From assembly GCA_963735805.1 (NCBI GenBank), contig CAVTMK010000003.1:32001-96000 (forward strand): a stretch of 64,000 nucleotides of DNA, in the 5' to 3' direction. The notes beneath the pieces were generated by a model. That model was not told where the DNA came from. It saw nothing but the letters and a program-made list of their open reading frames with translations, and ran no database searches. Shown in pieces: positions 59,580-64,000 of the stretch. Made by a program: the position numbers and the translations under genes. The stretch comes from an uncultured Verrucomicrobiae bacterium. Lineage in GTDB: Bacteria > Verrucomicrobiota > Verrucomicrobiia > Chthoniobacterales > UBA10450. Within the stretch, counting starts at the first letter, position 1, and each line of letters opens with the position of its first letter.

Positions 59580-60428
59580 TTAGGGATGCTGAGTGTGCGC
59601 TTCGAACTGCTGCTTGAACGTCTGTAAATCGTTGTCGCTAACGTCAGAAACGGCCCAGTAATTGAAGTCGGTATCAGCCCAATGAAGCAAATGATAACCC
59701 TGGCGTGTTATCGTATTTTGTACCTTGCCCGCTCCAGGCGCTGTTGGCCATATAAATAAGTTAATAAAATGCTTGCGCCTTTCGTAAACCAGCGCTGCTA
59801 CGGGATGGTTATCGAGATAATCAAGGCGCCCTCCTATCAAGGGAAAACCTTCAGCAGACAGATCCACCGCTGGGGCTGCAAAATCGAGCTTTGCATCAAG
59901 CCATGGCTTAACCGTGTGTTGATCGGAGGAGGCGACGTCCGTGAGGTGGTTTGCCATAAGCGAGCGGACATGACTAGCTATAAGTTGTGTCGCTAGGAAC
60001 TGGTCGGACGAAGGTTGTCGCAATCGAGGCAGCAAATTGGAACCAATAATCGCAGCCAGGATTATAGCTGCGGCGAGGCCTAGCCAGTTCCATGGTATCG
60101 TTGGTAGACTCGGACGGCGTTCTGAACGGGGACGCGTGATTGGCACTTGATTTTCTTGTGCAGTACCGTGCGTAGCCCTCGCGCCGATTGCATCTCGCAA
60201 AGAGGATCGAATCTGCTGACGCAGTTCGGTCGAAGCTTTATAGTACGGCGCGCTCCGGTTGATCGCGTGCCCCAGGGCAGCCTGCGCCTCATATGTCTGC
60301 TCACACTTGGGGCAGTCCCGCAAGTGCTGTTCGACTTTCTGACTGGTGATTGGGTCCAGTTCGCCATCCAGATAAGCGTCCATCAAGTCTGTGATTTCCT
60401 GGCAGTTCACCTTATTCTCCTGACTCAT
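59580..60428 (-). CDS. Membrane anti-sigma factor with a zinc-binding (ZAS) domain
   Basis: AYLDGEL, HLRDCPKC, TM segment, SSDQHTVKPW, GFPLIGGRLD. Confidence 0.92.
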   Translation of the reverse strand: MSQENKVNCQEITDLMDAYLDGELDPITSQKVEQHLRDCPKCEQTYEAQAALGHAINRSAPYYKASTELRQQIRSSLRDAIGARATHGTAQENQVPITRPRSERRPSLPTIPWNWLGLAAAIILAAIIGSNLLPRLRQPSSDQFLATQLIASHVRSLMANHLTDVASSDQHTVKPWLDAKLDFAAPAVDLSAEGFPLIGGRLDYLDNHPVAALVYERRKHFINLFIWPTAPGAGKVQNTITRQGYHLLHWADTDFNYWAVSDVSDNDLQTFKQQFEAHTQHP

Positions 60429-61040
60429 CTAAGCGGTTAAATATTCCCTAAGTTTTGCGCGGGCCCTGGCCAGTCGCGACATGACCGTGCCGGCGGGAAT
60501 TTTCAGGGTGTCGCCTATCTCCTTGTAAGATAACTCTTCCTGATGGCGTAGAATCAGGATCTCCCGGAATTCCGCAGGTAATTGGTCCATCGCATTTGTC
60601 ATTAGTTTGGCGTCTTCCGCGCGCTCGAGGATCGTTTCGGGGCTGACCGACTCGTGGGCGGTTGCGTGGATCTCTTCATCGAAAGTCGTTGTGAGATCGA
60701 CTGCGTGGTTTTTCTTCAGCAGGGTGTACGACGTATTTCGAACGATCGTGAGGAGCCAAGCCCGTCCGTTTGAGCCGCGAAATCCGTCGAAAGACCTGAA
60801 TGCGCGCAGATACGCCTCTTGCACTACATCCTGCGCGTCCTGTTCGTTGCGCAGCAACCACCTGGCCAAATTGTGCGCAGCATCAAGATGAGGCAGCATC
60901 GCCTCCTCAAACAAAGCCAGTTCCGGTGTCTCGGAGTGATCTGCTTGCGTCTTTTCGACTACGGTGAACTTCACAATCTTTCGTTGCGATTCGAGATCTT
61001 GAGTGTCCGAACCATGCTCCGTTTTCAGTTGCAAAGCCAT
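60429..61040 (-). CDS. ECF sigma-70 factor (ECF26-like context)
   Basis: LPHLDAAHNLARWL..DAQDVVQEAYLRA; RAWLLTIVRN; LSYKEI..GTVMSRLARAR. Confidence 0.92.
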   Translation of the reverse strand: MALQLKTEHGSDTQDLESQRKIVKFTVVEKTQADHSETPELALFEEAMLPHLDAAHNLARWLLRNEQDAQDVVQEAYLRAFRSFDGFRGSNGRAWLLTIVRNTSYTLLKKNHAVDLTTTFDEEIHATAHESVSPETILERAEDAKLMTNAMDQLPAEFREILILRHQEELSYKEIGDTLKIPAGTVMSRLARARAKLREYLTA

Positions 61041-61109
61041 AGTGATTTTCGAGGGGCCATAATCTCGGCACGGCGCAGTACACTTAGGCGCTTTGCCGTT
61101 TATCTAACT

Positions 61110-61135
61110 AGACTGGCGCCGCTTCATTTTATTCC
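61110..61135 (-). promoter_or_regulatory. Autoregulatory ECF promoter of the sigma/anti-sigma operon
   Basis: GGAAT-N17-GTCT. Confidence 0.65.
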
Positions 61136-61218
61136 ATCCACACAAGAAAAGATTCCGCGGGAGACCAGATCATCTCACGGACTTCGGTAAGTCAAACGAG
61201 GCCGTGCATAACTCCAAG

Positions 61219-61244
61219 AGAATATAAATCGGCCAGATCGGTAT
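61219..61244 (+). promoter_or_regulatory. ECF promoter upstream of tatA
   Basis: AGAAT-N17-GTAT; shares ATCGGTAT with the 59427 copy. Confidence 0.55.
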
Positions 61245-61298
61245 GAATGGATTGAACGCAGCACAACTTTCTGAGGAAACAAACTACCCGAATTTTTT

Positions 61299-61538
61299 AT
61301 GTCTTTTACAATCGCCAGTATCATGAATTTGATGGGGCCGGAGATGATGGTAATCCTCCTAATCGTGTTGCTCCTGTTTGGAGCAAAAAAACTACCTGAG
61401 CTCGCCCGAGGGATGCGGCGAGCGGTAAAAGAGTTCAGCGCAGCGCGAGATGAGATCGAGAAGGGGTTAGGTCACTCCGGTCCCAGCGGAGTAGCGCCGG
61501 CCAAATTACTGGACACAAAGAGCGAGCTACGTCTGTGA
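61299..61538 (+). CDS. tatA: Twin-arginine translocase TatA/E subunit
   Basis: GPEMMVILLIVLLLFGAKKLPELARG..AVKEF. Confidence 0.9.
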   Translation: MSFTIASIMNLMGPEMMVILLIVLLLFGAKKLPELARGMRRAVKEFSAARDEIEKGLGHSGPSGVAPAKLLDTKSELRL

Positions 61539-61567
61539 GTAAATTCAGCGTTCGCGACGAGTGAATT

Positions 61568-61936
61568 TCAATCCACGCGAGGCAAGAACTCTTCGCGCAC
61601 GATCTTTCCGTTCTTCACGGTGTAAACGCCAACTTCAGACAATTTTCGCCGCTGTTTCGAACTCTTGTCAGTAACATCCGCATCGTACTGCACGACGAAT
61701 CGGTCGTGCGCCACGAATGGTTCACTCGCATCGAAGCTGTGTACTTCCATCGCGTTAACCCACCAATCGATCTTACCACGCACGCCTTCTTTCTCGCGCG
61801 TTTCCGGGGAACCGCCGCTCATACTGAACGCTTCGACGCTTACAATGTCATCGTCGTAAAGCGTATCGAGCGCTTCGTACCAGGCTTGCTTGCGGACTAA
61901 CTCAACCACTTTCTTTGCAACTTCTTCGGTTTTCAT
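61568..61936 (-). CDS. SnoaL-like/NTF2 protein (paralog of 35039..35419)
   Basis: LYDDDIVSVEA; SEVGVYTVKNGKIVREEF. Confidence 0.85.
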   Translation of the reverse strand: MKTEEVAKKVVELVRKQAWYEALDTLYDDDIVSVEAFSMSGGSPETREKEGVRGKIDWWVNAMEVHSFDASEPFVAHDRFVVQYDADVTDKSSKQRRKLSEVGVYTVKNGKIVREEFLPRVD

Positions 61937-62077
61937 TTCTCTCTTTTAGCCAGCTTGAAAGCACTCGCTAAGAATTTCTCGACGTTTGCACAAACTCTCG
62001 TGCGTTCGGAGGACGCCAGGTTCATAATCGGAAGATTCCACCGTGACGTCGGCTACGTCAGGTGATTGAATCGAAAT

Positions 62078-63649
62078 ATGTCGCCAGTTCTCCACGAGCC
62101 GTGTGATGAGATCATAATTCGTTCGCGACCGGCGCGTGCGCCTTGTTCAAAAAGTGCCGGGCGCTGGGTGCTTGTGGCCACCACCCTCGCTTCCAGTATG
62201 GCCTTTATCGATAGCACCGTTGTGAACGTAGCCTTGGCTGCACTGCAAACGAACATGAACGCCACAATCGTGGACGTGCAGTGGGTTATCGAGGCTTATG
62301 CGCTTTTGCTTTCGGCCCTTCTGCTGGTCGGCGGATCTCTCGGAGATCACTACGGACGGCGCCGGGTCTTCTTGATTGGTGTCGCTCTCTTCGCTGTTGC
62401 GTCCACGTGGTGCGGACTTGCTCCAAACATACATCAACTAATCGCGGCGCGTGCGACACAAGGGCTGGGCGCAGCGCTACTCGTTCCCGGCAGTCTCGCC
62501 ATAATCAGCAGTTCGTTTCCTGAAAACGAACGGGGACGCGCGATCGGCACCTGGTCGGGTTTCAGCGCAATCACGACTGCTATTGGGCCGGTGATCGGTG
62601 GCTGGCTGATCGAGCATCTTTCCTGGCGCGCGATTTTCTTCATTAATGTTCCAATCGCGTTTTTGATAATCTTTGTCTCGCTGTGGCGTGTTCCGGAGAG
62701 CTTAGACAAGGAGAGCAAAGGACTCGATTGGTTAGGCGCGATTCTGATAACGTTCGGCCTGGGTGCCTTGGTTTATGGTCTGATCGAATCGTCACGGCTC
62801 GGCTTCGGCGATCGATCAGTCCTGGCAGCGCTCATTGCAGCAGCCATTCTGCTAACCGCTTTCCTGATAATCGAGTCGCGGCTTCCTAATCCAATGCTGC
62901 CGCTCGCTCTATTTCGATCGCGAACATTTACCGGAGCAAACCTGCTGACGTTTTTGCTTTACGGCGCGCTCGGCGGCACCCTTTTCTTCCTCCCGCTGAA
63001 TCTGATTCAAGTCCAGCATTACTCGGCCACTGCCGCTGGCGCGGCTTTTCTCCCGTTTATCTTGATCATTTTTCTTCTTTCTCGCTGGGCGGGCGGACTC
63101 GTCGAAAGGTACGGATCCAAAATCCCGCTGGTTGTCGGCCCGTTAATCGCAGCTCTGGGCTTCGCGCTTTTCATGTTGCCCGGTTTAAACGCCGGATATT
63201 GGCAAACATTTTTCCCTGCCGTCGTTGTGCTCGGAACAGGTATGGCTGTAAGCGTAGCCCCTCTCACTACGACCGTGATGAATTCAGTCACACCGAATCG
63301 CGTCGGCATCGCTTCCGGCGTGAACAACGCGGTTGCCAGAGGAGCTGGACTGCTCGCGATCGCCGTCTTGGGAATCGTTATGCTTCACTCCTTTAATCAT
63401 GTGCTCGATCGGCGATTGGTCATGGGAAACGTACCGCCTGCGGCGTCGCAGTCATTACAAACTCAGCGTAGTAAACTCGCTGGTGTTTCTCTTCCCGAAG
63501 AGTTGAACCAGACGACTAAACAAATGATTGGGCATGCGGTCTCCGAATCATTCGTGCAAGCTTTTAGGCTCGTCATGGCTATTGGAGCGACGCTCGCTGT
63601 CGTTAGCGCCATCGTCGCGTGGCTTCTCATAGGCACCCGCGGAGATTAA
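62078..63649 (+). CDS. DHA2-type MFS efflux transporter
   Basis: IDSTVVNVAL; GSLGDHYGRR; GPVIGGWL; WRAIFFINVP; many TM helices. Confidence 0.92.
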   Translation: MSPVLHEPCDEIIIRSRPARAPCSKSAGRWVLVATTLASSMAFIDSTVVNVALAALQTNMNATIVDVQWVIEAYALLLSALLLVGGSLGDHYGRRRVFLIGVALFAVASTWCGLAPNIHQLIAARATQGLGAALLVPGSLAIISSSFPENERGRAIGTWSGFSAITTAIGPVIGGWLIEHLSWRAIFFINVPIAFLIIFVSLWRVPESLDKESKGLDWLGAILITFGLGALVYGLIESSRLGFGDRSVLAALIAAAILLTAFLIIESRLPNPMLPLALFRSRTFTGANLLTFLLYGALGGTLFFLPLNLIQVQHYSATAAGAAFLPFILIIFLLSRWAGGLVERYGSKIPLVVGPLIAALGFALFMLPGLNAGYWQTFFPAVVVLGTGMAVSVAPLTTTVMNSVTPNRVGIASGVNNAVARGAGLLAIAVLGIVMLHSFNHVLDRRLVMGNVPPAASQSLQTQRSKLAGVSLPEELNQTTKQMIGHAVSESFVQAFRLVMAIGATLAVVSAIVAWLLIGTRGD

Positions 63650-63682
63650 AACACGGTTAAGGCGCGTGATGAGATTGGCCCA

Positions 63683-64000
63683 ATGAGTTCAGCATTCCTC
63701 CTCCGTTCGATTCCCGCTTTGACCTGGCTACGGACGTACAATGCCACGTTGCTGCGCGGTGACATCCTCGCCGCCATCACGCTTGCGGCGTACTTGCTGC
63801 CTGCGGCGTTAGGCGACGCTTCTCTAGCCAATTTGCCTCCCGAAGTCGGCCTTTACGCATGTTTGTTCGGTGGGCTTATTTTTTGGATTTTTTGCGGTTC
63901 GCGCTACACCGCTATTTCAGTGACTTCCGCCATTTCGCTCGTGATTGGCTCGTCGATTGGGGAGATTACCGGCGGGAATACTATGCGCTTTGGCGCCCTT
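63683..64000 (+). CDS. SulP-family anion transporter, 3'-truncated by the window edge
   Basis: MSSAFLLRSIPALTWLRTY..LRGDILAAITLAAYLLP..ASLANLPPEVGLYA..FCGSR. Confidence 0.85.
   Translation, partial: MSSAFLLRSIPALTWLRTYNATLLRGDILAAITLAAYLLPAALGDASLANLPPEVGLYACLFGGLIFWIFCGSRYTAISVTSAISLVIGSSIGEITGGNTMRFGAL

Overview
A gene-dense 64 kb bacterial chromosomal segment. The 16S V4 sequence (TACAGAGGTCTCAAGCGTTGTTCGGATTCATTGGGCG...) looks by eye like a soil Verrucomicrobium (Spartobacteria/Chthoniobacterales, Ca. Udaeobacter/DA101-like). No integrase, transposase, phage gene or CRISPR array is visible. Five things stand out. (1) An 'exploded' rRNA operon: a stand-alone 16S gene has its own promoter, boxA, complete processing stem and terminator. 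The usual spacer tRNAs (Ala-TGC, then Ile-GAT) follow in collinear order but are separated by protein-coding genes, and there is no 23S/5S in the remaining 40 kb. (2) An ECF42-type sigma locus (about 35.0-42.9 kb) with three near-identical promoters, TGTCCT(G/A)A-N13-TTCGT(C/T)GTAT. They precede DGPF/YciI and VOC genes and a CxxC micro-peptide with DUF899, followed by GFA, SnoaL and an orphan ubiquitin-like (..AGG) + BNR propeller pair. (3) A second ECF/zinc anti-sigma locus (57-61.5 kb) with four GGAAT-N17-GT promoters, including one for a divergent tatA. (4) A PAS/GAF two-component system next to a Dps/haloperoxidase/flavin-disulfide reductase stress cluster. (5) Two candidate structured ncRNAs, several palindromic repeats and several gene relics. 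All family calls come from motif recognition; no searches were run.
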